Assembly (NCBI GenBank): GCA_963779415.1
Contig: CAVZYA010000001.1
Coordinates: forward strand, 1,920,001 to 1,984,000
DNA: 64,000 bases
Direction: 5' to 3'
Origin: an uncultured Acidobacteriota bacterium
GTDB taxonomy: Bacteria > Acidobacteriota > Thermoanaerobaculia > UBA5066
In this document: positions 56,131 through 64,000 of the stretch, in pieces
Position numbering within the stretch: position 1 is the stretch's first letter
How the letters are laid out: every line of letters starts with the position of its first letter
Position numbers and translations under genes: made by a program
The notes under the pieces: model-generated
The model's input: the letters and a program-made list of their open reading frames with translations, nothing else
Database searches by the model: none
Told to the model about the DNA's origin: nothing

Positions 56131-58467
56131 TCAGAATGGTGGTCTTCTTATCACGAGAACCGTCGTGTCGTCGGACGGCGGCCCCTCTCCCACGTGCCGC
56201 CGCCAGTCCGCGAACAAGGCCTCCACGATCGCTTCGGCGGGCCGCCGCCAGAGGCCGATCCCCTCGAGCACCGCCCGCGGGCGCTCGTAGCCGTACGGCG
56301 CGTCGAAGCGGTCCGGCCCCTCGAAGAGGCCGTCGGAGGCGAGGACGAGGATTCCGCCGGGGGCGAGCGTCAGCGGGACGTCGGCATACGTCCTCTCGGG
56401 CCCCTGTCCGAGCGGGAGGCCCGGAGCCGGAACCTCGGTCGCGCGCCCCTCCTGGACGTGGAGCGGGTACGGGTGGCCCGCGTTCGAGAGGAGCGCCTCT
56501 CCGCTCTTCGGATCGAGGCGAAGGAGGGCGAGAGACGTGAAGAGCCGCTCCGAGCGCCCCATCCGGAGGACGCGGTCCACCTCGCCGAGCACCGCCGACG
56601 GAGTCCGGTCCGCCTTGACGAGGCTGCCGAGCGCCGCCATGACCATCGCCTGCTGGATACCGCACGAGTAGCCGTGTCCGGACACGTCTCCGGCGGCGAT
56701 CCAGAGCCGCCCGTCTTCGTCCGGGAGAAAGTGGTAGAGGTCGCCCCCCGCCTCCGTTGCCAGCTCCGTTCGGACCGCGATCTCGAGCCCCGCGACCTCG
56801 GGGGGCTTTTCCGGAAGGAGAGCGAGCTGCATCCGGGAAAGAAGGTCCATCTCGTATTTCACCCGCCGCTCGCTCTCGAGCCGCCTCACGTATTCGGGCG
56901 CCTCGACGCGGGCGTCGTCTTCCTGCACCGGCCGGCGGAGGCCGACGAGGCCGAGCGCGACCAGAGCCACGAGGAGGAGGAGCGAGAGCCCCCCCGCGAG
57001 CAGCTGGTCGGGAAAGACGCGAATCGAGGCCGAGGCGTCGCGGAAGAGCGAGGCCGAAAGCGCGGCCACGAGGAGCGAGGCGAGCCCGAAGCGGTCGAAG
57101 ACGAAGAGGAAGACCGCCGCGATGGCGAGCGAAAGCGCAAGCGCCGCTCCCCACGGGTGAAGCGGTATCCCGTTCGAGAGGTAGAAGGCGAAGAGGATCG
57201 CCGCCGCCGACCCCGCCCACCGGCGCGGAAGGACGAATCGGAAGAGGGCCACGAGGAGGACGAAGAACCCCGTGTCGAACGCCGCCTCCCAGAACGGGTT
57301 CTTCATCCCGACCCAGAGCGGGAAGGGGAAGGAGGGCGCGGTCGGATACGCGCCGCCACGCGCCGAGAGAGCGGCGACGGTGAACCCGATCAGCGAGATT
57401 CCGAAGACAGCGGCGCCGGCGCCGATCCCGACGAGAAGGGAGCGCCCTCCGCGGGGGCCCAGCCTTCCCGCGGCGAAGGCATCGAGGCTCGTCGAGAAGC
57501 CGGGGACCGTGTCGCGGAGGAGCGACTCCCCGACGGCGAAGAGGGCGACGAGAAAGAGGATCCCCGCTGCGAAGGTCAGGACGAGAGGAACGACCGTCCA
57601 GGCGCCCCCGGACGTGGCCTCACCGCCGAGGCCGCCGACGAACATCGAGAGGGCGGCCGCGGCCCCAAGGACGAGGCCGATCCGAAAGCTCAGACGCCGC
57701 CTCGCGAGAAGAACGCCGAAGAGAACGAGCGTCACGAGGACGATGAGGACGAGCGGCGCCGCCTTCCAGAGGCCACGTGTCACCCGCTCGGCCGAGAGCA
57801 AGGCGCGCAGCGCGTCGGGATCGGCCAGCTCCCGCGAAACCTGGTACAGGACTCCCGCCGGCACGACCGTCACGAGCACCGAGGGGGCCTCCCCGGGCCG
57901 TGGTACGAGATGGCGCACGGTCACGGCCGTGTTGCTCACGGCCCAGGTCGACTCCCTGTCCCGCGCCGGCCGGCCTCCGGCGACCCAGTCGCCGATCTTC
58001 GCCACGAAGGCCTCGCGGGCCTTCTTCGTGGCGTCGTCCGGCGCGACGAACTGGAACATCGAGCCGCCCGGAAGCCACGAGACCCGGAGCGGAGAGCCGT
58101 CCGGGGCGAGCCAGGCGTCCAGAGGCCCGGCGCCGCCGGCGGGGACCTCGAGCGTTCCCGAGACGCGCCAGACGGCCGCTCCGCCCGACCCCGCGAGCCA
58201 GGCGCCCGCCCCGTTCCCGAGCCGGCTGTAGGCTCGTTCCCACGTCTTTCCCGGATCGGGACGCGCGGAGAGCGAGGTCCTCGCGTGTGTCAGAGTTCCA
58301 CCCCGCGATTCGAGCTCCGCCCCGACGCGCGCGGCGAACCCCGCATCCTCCGCGGGGCGCGTGCGCCACTCGGGGAGGATGGCGACGGCCGCGGCGAGAC
58401 CCACCACGAGGGCCATCCCTCCGGCGGCGAGCGGTCCGAGGGGAAGCCGCGTCGGCGTGGGGCTCAT
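56131..58467 (-). CDS. Membrane-bound PP2C/SpoIIE-family phosphatase
   Basis: Start MSPTPTRL; TM, extracytoplasmic region, multi-TM block; C-terminal AGGDLY, GDVSGHG, NAGHP, SDGLFE, DDTT. Confidence 0.9.
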   Translation of the reverse strand: MSPTPTRLPLGPLAAGGMALVVGLAAAVAILPEWRTRPAEDAGFAARVGAELESRGGTLTHARTSLSARPDPGKTWERAYSRLGNGAGAWLAGSGGAAVWRVSGTLEVPAGGAGPLDAWLAPDGSPLRVSWLPGGSMFQFVAPDDATKKAREAFVAKIGDWVAGGRPARDRESTWAVSNTAVTVRHLVPRPGEAPSVLVTVVPAGVLYQVSRELADPDALRALLSAERVTRGLWKAAPLVLIVLVTLVLFGVLLARRRLSFRIGLVLGAAAALSMFVGGLGGEATSGGAWTVVPLVLTFAAGILFLVALFAVGESLLRDTVPGFSTSLDAFAAGRLGPRGGRSLLVGIGAGAAVFGISLIGFTVAALSARGGAYPTAPSFPFPLWVGMKNPFWEAAFDTGFFVLLVALFRFVLPRRWAGSAAAILFAFYLSNGIPLHPWGAALALSLAIAAVFLFVFDRFGLASLLVAALSASLFRDASASIRVFPDQLLAGGLSLLLLVALVALGLVGLRRPVQEDDARVEAPEYVRRLESERRVKYEMDLLSRMQLALLPEKPPEVAGLEIAVRTELATEAGGDLYHFLPDEDGRLWIAAGDVSGHGYSCGIQQAMVMAALGSLVKADRTPSAVLGEVDRVLRMGRSERLFTSLALLRLDPKSGEALLSNAGHPYPLHVQEGRATEVPAPGLPLGQGPERTYADVPLTLAPGGILVLASDGLFEGPDRFDAPYGYERPRAVLEGIGLWRRPAEAIVEALFADWRRHVGEGPPSDDTTVLVIRRPPF

Positions 58468-58492
58468 CCGTCTCACGATACGCGAAGGGGCC

Positions 58493-59713
58493 TTACCGGG
58501 TTTTCGTCCTCCCCGCGCCCGGGTGAGATGGAATCTCGACGACGACCTCGGCGCCGGCGCCGGCCTCGAGGGTGAGCGGATAGGCGAGCAGTCCCGACGC
58601 GAGGCCGGAGGGATCTTCCGCGTCGTGCTCGGGAGGGACCCGTCCCGCTTCGAGATACGTCGTGACGTCTCCCGCCGCAAACGCCGCGGCGTTGAACGAG
58701 GCCGGCGGCCGTTGCGGAACGAGGGCGGGCGCGCCGTTCACGAGGAGCTGCCGGCCGTCCCAGCCGAGCGTCCGGATCGACGCGACCCGCCACGCCGCCC
58801 CGGCGGCATCCGTTACCGGTCTTGCGAGGAGCGGACGGACCGCGAGGGCGAGCGTGGCGACGAGCTTTTCCGCCGTCCGGTTCCGGAGGCGGTAGCGAAC
58901 GAGGATCCGGGACGCGCCGGGGGCTCCCTCGCAAACCGCGGTCACGTCGAGACCGACCTCCCGGGACGTCCAGGTCACCTTCGGAACCGGGCTCGTCTCT
59001 CCTTCCCTCGACGTCTCCGCCTTCACGTCCGCCCACGTCAGGAGACGGCCGCCGACCCGGACGAAGGGCTCGAGGAGGAAGAGCCCGTTCCCCGGTTGCA
59101 GGGCCCCGTCGGACGAGAGGAACGCGACGTCCCGGTCCCCTCCCGTGCCTGCTTGCACCCACGAGGACGGCTCGCCCCGGACGCCTCGCGGAAAGAGCCC
59201 GCGTCGCGCGTCGTTCGCCATGACGCCGTAGAGCGCCTCGGCCGATCCCGCGACCTCGGCCGGAAGGAGATCGACCTCCCGGATCCCGTAGGCGGGACCG
59301 TCCCCTTCCATGAGACGGAGCCTGAGATAGCGCCCGCCGGTACCGGGGAGACGGATCCAGCTCTTCTCGCCCGCGACGCCGTAGAGGCGGCGGAGAGTCC
59401 GCCATTCCGCTCCGTCGTCCGACGCCTCCACGATGAGAAAACCCGCGCCGAGCCCCGGCTCCCACGTCACGGCGAGGCCGCCGACCTTCCGCCCGGCGCC
59501 GAGGTCGATCCGGAACTCCTGCTCGCCGGAGCCTTCGCTCTGCCATGAGGTTTCGCGGTGGCCGTCCATCGCCGCCCCGGGCGGGTGTCCGGAGGCCGAC
59601 GACGACGCGCCCGGCTTCGGCGGCTCCTCCGCGGCGGCGCGAAGCGGACCCGGGAGCGCGACTCCGAGGAAGAGAGCGACGAGGAGGAGGAATCGCCCGG
59701 AGGAGTCAGCCAC
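58493..59713 (-). CDS. Secreted discoidin (F5/8 type C) domain protein
   Basis: Signal peptide; ASSS...AMDGHRETSWQS...IDLG...W...SDDGAEW...RYLRL...YGIREV. Confidence 0.8.
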   Translation of the reverse strand: MADSSGRFLLLVALFLGVALPGPLRAAAEEPPKPGASSSASGHPPGAAMDGHRETSWQSEGSGEQEFRIDLGAGRKVGGLAVTWEPGLGAGFLIVEASDDGAEWRTLRRLYGVAGEKSWIRLPGTGGRYLRLRLMEGDGPAYGIREVDLLPAEVAGSAEALYGVMANDARRGLFPRGVRGEPSSWVQAGTGGDRDVAFLSSDGALQPGNGLFLLEPFVRVGGRLLTWADVKAETSREGETSPVPKVTWTSREVGLDVTAVCEGAPGASRILVRYRLRNRTAEKLVATLALAVRPLLARPVTDAAGAAWRVASIRTLGWDGRQLLVNGAPALVPQRPPASFNAAAFAAGDVTTYLEAGRVPPEHDAEDPSGLASGLLAYPLTLEAGAGAEVVVEIPSHPGAGRTKTR

Positions 59714-60668
59714 GCCCGGCCGTGGGGGCCGCCACGAGGCCGGCCGTCATCTCCAGCATCCGGTCGATGGCGCGCTTGGCCCGGAGCCGGATCCCTTCCT
59801 CGACGTCGACTTCCGGGCCGAGATCCCTGAGGCAAAGGTAGAGCTTCTCGAGGGTGTTGAGCTTCATGTGCGGGCAGGTGTTGCAGGAGCAGCTCTCGTC
59901 CGGGGGGGCCGGGATCAGCTCCTTTTCCGGCGCAGCCTTCTTCATCTGGTGGAGGATCCCCTCCTCCGTCGCCACGATGAAGCTTCGCTTCGGCGAGGCC
60001 GCCACGTGCTTGAGGAGGCCCGAGGTCGAAGCGACGACGTGGGCGTGCCGGAGGACGGCTTCCTCGCACTCCGGATGGGCGATCAGCTCGGCGTCGGGAT
60101 GGCGCGCCATCAGCTCGAGAAGCTTCTTCTCCGAGAAGGTCTCGTGGACGACGCAGGTCCCCGGCCAGACGACGAAACGCCGGTTCAGCCTCTTCTCGAC
60201 CCACGCCGCGAGATTCCGGTCAGGGGCGAAGACGACCGGATCCGGGATCTGCCGGAGGATGTGCTCGGCGGACGAGGAGGTGACGATGACGTCCGAGAGC
60301 GCCTTCACCCCGGCGGAGCAGTTGATGTACGTCGCGACGGTGTGGCCGGGATAGCGTTTCAGCCATTCGGCGAAGAGCGGCGCCGGGCATCCGTCGGCGA
60401 GTGAGCAGCCGGCCGCGAGGTCGGGGACGACGACCTTCTTCTCCGGCGTCAGGATCTTCGCCGTCTCGGCCATGAAATGGACGCCGCAGAAGGCGATGAC
60501 GTTCTCCTTCGCCTCCCGCCCGCGGCGGGCCAGCTCAAGCGAGTCGCCGACGAAGTCGGCCAGGTCCTGGATCTCCGACTCCTGGTAGTAATGAGCGAGG
60601 ATGAGGGCTCCCCGCTCCTTCGCGAGCTTCCGGATCTCGCCCGCGAGGTCGGGCGGTGTCCCTCTCAT
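59706..60668 (-). CDS. nadA: Quinolinate synthase
   Basis: ILAHYYQ, GDSL, FCGVHFMAETAKIL, AGCSLA, YINCS, CVVHE, AHPEC, CPHMK. Confidence 0.96.
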   Translation of the reverse strand: MRGTPPDLAGEIRKLAKERGALILAHYYQESEIQDLADFVGDSLELARRGREAKENVIAFCGVHFMAETAKILTPEKKVVVPDLAAGCSLADGCPAPLFAEWLKRYPGHTVATYINCSAGVKALSDVIVTSSSAEHILRQIPDPVVFAPDRNLAAWVEKRLNRRFVVWPGTCVVHETFSEKKLLELMARHPDAELIAHPECEEAVLRHAHVVASTSGLLKHVAASPKRSFIVATEEGILHQMKKAAPEKELIPAPPDESCSCNTCPHMKLNTLEKLYLCLRDLGPEVDVEEGIRLRAKRAIDRMLEMTAGLVAAPTAGRG

Positions 60669-60759
60669 GAAATCCATCTTAGCGCCCGGGGGAAGCCCGT
60701 CTCCCGTTTGCTAGACTTTCGCGCGGCCCGGCGAACGGGCCGGTTTCTTCGGAGTGAAG

Positions 60760-61791
60760 ATGAGCGCTCAAGCCCCCGCCATATCGGCCTCGGCCGTCTC
60801 GCCATGGATCACGAGCCGGCGCTGGGACCTCTCCTGGCTCACCCTTTCGAGCCTTCTCGTGGCGGTCCCGCTCCTCGTGCACTCTTATTGGAGCGTGGGG
60901 GCGACGGGCGTCGACCTCCTCGTGACCCTGATGATCGGCGGCCCGCACATGTATGCCACCTTCCTCCGGACCGTCTTCGAGCCCCGCTTCCGGAACCTCC
61001 ACCCCGCCCTCGTCTGGACCCCGGTCTTCCTCGTGCCGGTCTTCGTGGTCTCGGGGGCGATCTTCGCCTTCACGGGGCTCCTGACGTTCTTCTTCACGGT
61101 CGCCTCGCTTCACGTCTGCGACCAGGCGGCCTACATCGGCTACCTCTACCGCGACAAGGGGGGCAGGGCGAAGCCGTGGGAGCGCCTCCTCGACTTCTCG
61201 GTCATCGCCGCCTCCCTCTATGCGGTCGCGATGTACCGGCACGTCGCCGGCACCTTCGTCATCGGCACCCGGACGCTCTGGTTCCCGCCGTTCCTCAAGC
61301 ACGCGTGGTTCGCCGACGCCTTCGCCGTCGGCGCGGCGGCGCTCATCGCCGCGTGGGCCGTGAAGAGCTGGAACCAGTGGCGGCGCGGCGAGCTCCGCTG
61401 GCCTTACCTCGTCTTCATGGGGCTCACGATGGGGATTGCGGCGATCATCACGCGGATCGGCGAGCTCTCCGTCGCCTTCCAGGGCTTCAACGCCTGGCAC
61501 TCGTTCCAGTACCTCGGCCTGACCTTCCTGCTCCTCACCCGCGCCGGGTCGATGGGGCAGGTGACGCTCGGCTTCGTGAAGCAGATGGCGGAGCCGGGGA
61601 AGTTCTACCGCTTCTACGGCTGGAACATCCTCTGGACGCTCGGCGCATCGGTCCTCATCGGCATCCTCGTCTACCTGATGGGGCTTCCGATCGAGCAGTG
61701 CTATTACGCGGTCGTCCTTTCGTTCCTCCTGACCCACTACTGCCACGACGCGGTCCTCTTCACTCTGGGGACGAAGCCCTCCGCGACGTGA
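60760..61791 (+). CDS. Polytopic membrane protein with four His-containing motifs
   Basis: About 8-10 hydrophobic segments; GGPHMYAT, LHVCDQ, WHSFQY, THYCHD; SD GGAG before ATG 60760. Confidence 0.75.
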   Translation: MSAQAPAISASAVSPWITSRRWDLSWLTLSSLLVAVPLLVHSYWSVGATGVDLLVTLMIGGPHMYATFLRTVFEPRFRNLHPALVWTPVFLVPVFVVSGAIFAFTGLLTFFFTVASLHVCDQAAYIGYLYRDKGGRAKPWERLLDFSVIAASLYAVAMYRHVAGTFVIGTRTLWFPPFLKHAWFADAFAVGAAALIAAWAVKSWNQWRRGELRWPYLVFMGLTMGIAAIITRIGELSVAFQGFNAWHSFQYLGLTFLLLTRAGSMGQVTLGFVKQMAEPGKFYRFYGWNILWTLGASVLIGILVYLMGLPIEQCYYAVVLSFLLTHYCHDAVLFTLGTKPSAT

Positions 61792-62654
61792 CGCGTCCCG
61801 CCGCTTCCTCCCGGATCCTTACGGCCGCCCTCGTGGCGGCCGTCGCGTTCCCGATCTTTTCCGCACACGCCTCCGCGGCGGCGAAGAAGAAGAAAAAGAA
61901 GACTCCGGCGCCGACGGCCGTCCCGCGCCCCGACGATCCCAACCAGGTCGCGATCGAGACCGCCGACGGCGTCTCCCTCGCGGCCTCGTGGCGTCCCGTC
62001 CCGGACCGCCCTGGGGCGCCGGCCGTCCTCCTCCTGCACGACTTCTCCCGCGAGAGGCGCGACTGGGAGGCTCTCGCCCCGGAGTTCACGTCACGGGGCC
62101 TCGCGACGCTCGCGATCGACCTCCGGGCCCACGGCGAGTCGACGAAGAAGAACGGCAAGCCGCTCTCGATCTCGCCGCGCCAGATGTCCGACCCGGCCGG
62201 CTTCCCCCGCGACGTCGAGGCCGCGTGCCGGTGGCTCCGGGAGCGGGCGCCGAAGGTCGGCGCCGTCGGGCTCTCTCTCGGCGGGAGCCTCGCCGTTCTC
62301 GCCTCGGCCGGAGGGCTCGTCGACGCCGCCGTCGTCGTCTCGACGAACGCCGACCGGGTCGCCGCCCTCGCCGGCGGCCGCCCCACGGCGGCGCGCGACG
62401 TTCTCTTCATCGCCTCGGAGCGGGCCCCGCAGCGGGCCGAGTCGGCAAACGCTCTCTACGCCGCCGCTGCCGGGCCGAAGCTGCTCCTCCTCGTCCCCGG
62501 CGCCGCGCACAATCTCGTCCTCTTCAGCGAGCATCCCGAAGCGCAGGCCGCGATGTTCGACTGGCTCGTCTCGCACCTCGGCGCGACGCCTCTCCCGACG
62601 ATGAGCGCGCCGACGCCCGTCCCCTCCCCCGTCCCCCCGCCGGCCACGAAGTAA
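61788..62654 (+). CDS. Secreted alpha/beta-fold hydrolase
   Basis: GTG 61788 (GTGA overlap); VLLLH, IDLRAHGES, GLSLGG, GAAHN; Lys6 run after the signal peptide. Confidence 0.82.
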   Translation: MTRPAASSRILTAALVAAVAFPIFSAHASAAAKKKKKKTPAPTAVPRPDDPNQVAIETADGVSLAASWRPVPDRPGAPAVLLLHDFSRERRDWEALAPEFTSRGLATLAIDLRAHGESTKKNGKPLSISPRQMSDPAGFPRDVEAACRWLRERAPKVGAVGLSLGGSLAVLASAGGLVDAAVVVSTNADRVAALAGGRPTAARDVLFIASERAPQRAESANALYAAAAGPKLLLLVPGAAHNLVLFSEHPEAQAAMFDWLVSHLGATPLPTMSAPTPVPSPVPPPATK

Positions 62655-62670
62655 TAAGCTCGGGCCCGCC

Positions 62671-63375
62671 ATGAAGACCGTCGTCTTCGACATCGAGACG
62701 GTGTCGTTCCCGTGGCTCGACCTCGATCCGATGCTGCGCGAAAAGCTGACGCGAAATGCCGAGGATCACGAGGACTTTCTCCGAAGGAAGAAAGGGGGCG
62801 CGCTTTCGCCCTACATGGGGAAGGTCGTCGTGATCGGGATGCTGAACCCGGAGACGAAGAAGGGAATCGTCTGGTACGAGTCGGAGGGAGAGCGGATCTC
62901 CCGTCCTTCCGATGACGATCTCTTCGAATACGTCGGGGGCGACGAGCGAACGATGCTGGAGGAATTCTGGAGGACCCTGACGCGGTACGACCGCGTCGTG
63001 ACGTTCAACGGGCGGCGATTCGACGGCCCGTTCCTTTCCGTCCGGAGCGCGGTCCACGGCCTGAAGGCCTCGCGGAACCTCGCCGGCTACCGCTACTCCG
63101 TCGAGGACCACCTCGACCTTCTCGAAGCGCTCACCTTCTTCGGCACGACGAGCTGGGACCAGACGCCGACGCTTCATGCCGCCTGCGTGGCGTTCGGCAT
63201 CCCGTCTCCGAAGACCGCGGAAGTCCACGGTTACATGGTCGACGACTTCTACCGGCAGGGGCGGATCCGGGAGATCGCCGACTACTGCCGGCGCGACGTC
63301 GAGGCGACGGCCGAGCTCTTCCGCCGCCTCGATCCGACGCTTCTGCCGCTCTTCCGGAGGCCGAACGACCGATAG
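62671..63375 (+). CDS. Stand-alone PolB-like 3'-5' exonuclease (RNase H fold, DEDDy)
   Basis: ExoI VFDIET, ExoII TFNGRRFD, ExoIII YCRRDV. Confidence 0.88.
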   Translation: MKTVVFDIETVSFPWLDLDPMLREKLTRNAEDHEDFLRRKKGGALSPYMGKVVVIGMLNPETKKGIVWYESEGERISRPSDDDLFEYVGGDERTMLEEFWRTLTRYDRVVTFNGRRFDGPFLSVRSAVHGLKASRNLAGYRYSVEDHLDLLEALTFFGTTSWDQTPTLHAACVAFGIPSPKTAEVHGYMVDDFYRQGRIREIADYCRRDVEATAELFRRLDPTLLPLFRRPNDR

Positions 63376-63385
63376 CGGTGCTGCT

Positions 63386-63679
63386 TCACCCCTTCGACGA
63401 TCGGGGGCGGCGAAACGCGAGGTTGATCGCCCCCGCGATCGCCGCGAGCGGCAGGCCGACGACGATCGGCTTGTTCAGCGCCCAGGCCGCCGCGACGTTC
63501 CCGTGGAGGAGCTGGTGCATCGCCCGGAGGCTCCCGCAGCCGGGGCACGACCGGCCGAAGATCGTCTTGAACAGGCAGGGGGGATAGAAGCCGTGAGTCG
63601 CCGGATCGAAGAAGTAGAGAACGACGCCGCTGGCGAGGAAGAGGAGAAGAAAGGACAACCGCCGGACGGCGGGTGTCAC
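63386..63679 (-). CDS. DUF2752 domain membrane protein
   Basis: FYPPCLFKTIFGRSCPGCGSLRAMHQLLHG...AWALN. Start uncertain (GTG 63679 or 63697), overlapping a hairpin repeat. Confidence 0.82.
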   Translation of the reverse strand: MTPAVRRLSFLLLFLASGVVLYFFDPATHGFYPPCLFKTIFGRSCPGCGSLRAMHQLLHGNVAAAWALNKPIVVGLPLAAIAGAINLAFRRPRSSKG

Positions 63680-63789
63680 GCCGACGCAGGCGCGCACTGT
63701 CTGAGCGAAGCGAGTTCGCGCGCCCAGGAGGCGTGATACCCGCCGTCCAGCCCCCGACGCCCGCGCGCACTGCCCCCGCTACGCGAGTT
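63664..63789. repeat. REP/BIME-like hairpin plus imperfect direct repeat
   Basis: 19-bp inverted repeat 63664-63682 / 63730-63748 (1 mismatch); 36-nt imperfect direct repeat 63681-63716 / 63754-63789. Confidence 0.7.
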
Positions 63790-63833
63790 TGCGGGCGAAG
63801 GAGGAGGGATGCCGGCCGCCCGATCCCCTCCCC

Positions 63834-64000
63834 CTACATCATCGCCACGGGCGGAGCGGGCTCGTCGGCCGCGCCGGCCTTCGAGAGCGGGACGAGGATC
63901 AGGTAGAGCGCGAGGATCGCGAAGACGGGGATCGCGAGCCAGCCGGCCACGCCGGCGAAGGCCACGATCTCGGGGAACTTCCCGGCAAAGAAGACGACGG
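63834..64000 (-). CDS. C-terminal end of a membrane protein (possibly an OPT-family transporter), truncated by window edge
   Basis: ...VVFFAGKFPEIVAFAGVAGWLAIPVFAILALYLILVPLSKAGAADEPAPPVAMM-TAG; the family guess is weak. Confidence 0.55.
   Translation of the reverse strand, partial: VVFFAGKFPEIVAFAGVAGWLAIPVFAILALYLILVPLSKAGAADEPAPPVAMM

Noticed and set aside
60669-60677. nadA start at ATG 60677
   Set aside because: That ATG lies within the TAAGAT -10 box; ATG 60668 fits the window-wide 6-7 nt spacing.
62671-63375. Exonuclease as part of a defence or CRISPR system
   Set aside because: No cas or defence genes adjacent; stand-alone PolB-like exonucleases are common.
63681-63789. CRISPR mini-array (36-nt repeats, 37-nt spacer)
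   Set aside because: Only two degenerate copies, the spacer is part of an inverted repeat, and no cas genes are present.
1-64000. rRNA, tRNA (including selC), prophage or transposase genes
   Set aside because: None recognised; intergenic gaps are short and show no cloverleaf or rRNA signatures by eye. tRNAscan-SE/Infernal were not run.

Overview
Very GC-rich (about 70% by eye), gene-dense bacterial chromosomal DNA. Gene content and style suggest Acidobacteriota (Thermoanaerobaculia-like), but this is inference only. I recognised no rRNA, tRNA, CRISPR array, transposase or integrase. Layout: (1) 1-2.7 kb: penicillin acylase (runs off the window), an exported protein, and an ArsC/Spx-fold gene with an in-frame UGA in a UxxC motif (candidate selenoprotein missed by the ORF track). 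(2) 2.7-27.4 kb: an envelope-glycosylation locus with six polytopic GT-C-type transferases (three YfhO-like, one GT39-like, two tandem ArnT), GT2 enzymes, a GT2-methyltransferase fusion, wzm/wzt, arnC, split arnA, arnD, and a Fic gene inside the arn operon. (3) 27.4-34 kb: LolD/FtsX ABC exporter, AttH/CrtC lipocalin and a PlpD-like patatin. (4) 34-48 kb: housekeeping mix (APC permease, HAD, SDR, moaD/moaE split by an orphan parA, VOC protein with a histone-like tail, DUF5666, kbl, stand-alone TonB-C, M14 peptidase, SprT protease with a clamp-binding-like motif). (5) 48.2-54.0 kb: arsenic-resistance block (arsR-arsM-acr3-arsC and arsR-trx-ccdA-trx-arsP) with palindromic operators and many single-base indels that look like assembly errors. 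(6) 54-64 kb: MBL/di-iron protein, AAA_28 ATPase, membrane PP2C, discoidin protein, nadA, His-motif membrane protein, hydrolase, 3'-5' exonuclease, DUF2752 and a REP-like hairpin. Window-wide, many genes have a TANNNT box 6-7 nt before the start codon with no Shine-Dalgarno (leaderless architecture), and two genes appear to start at CTG in CTGA stop/start overlaps. All calls rest on motif recognition by eye; no database searches were run.
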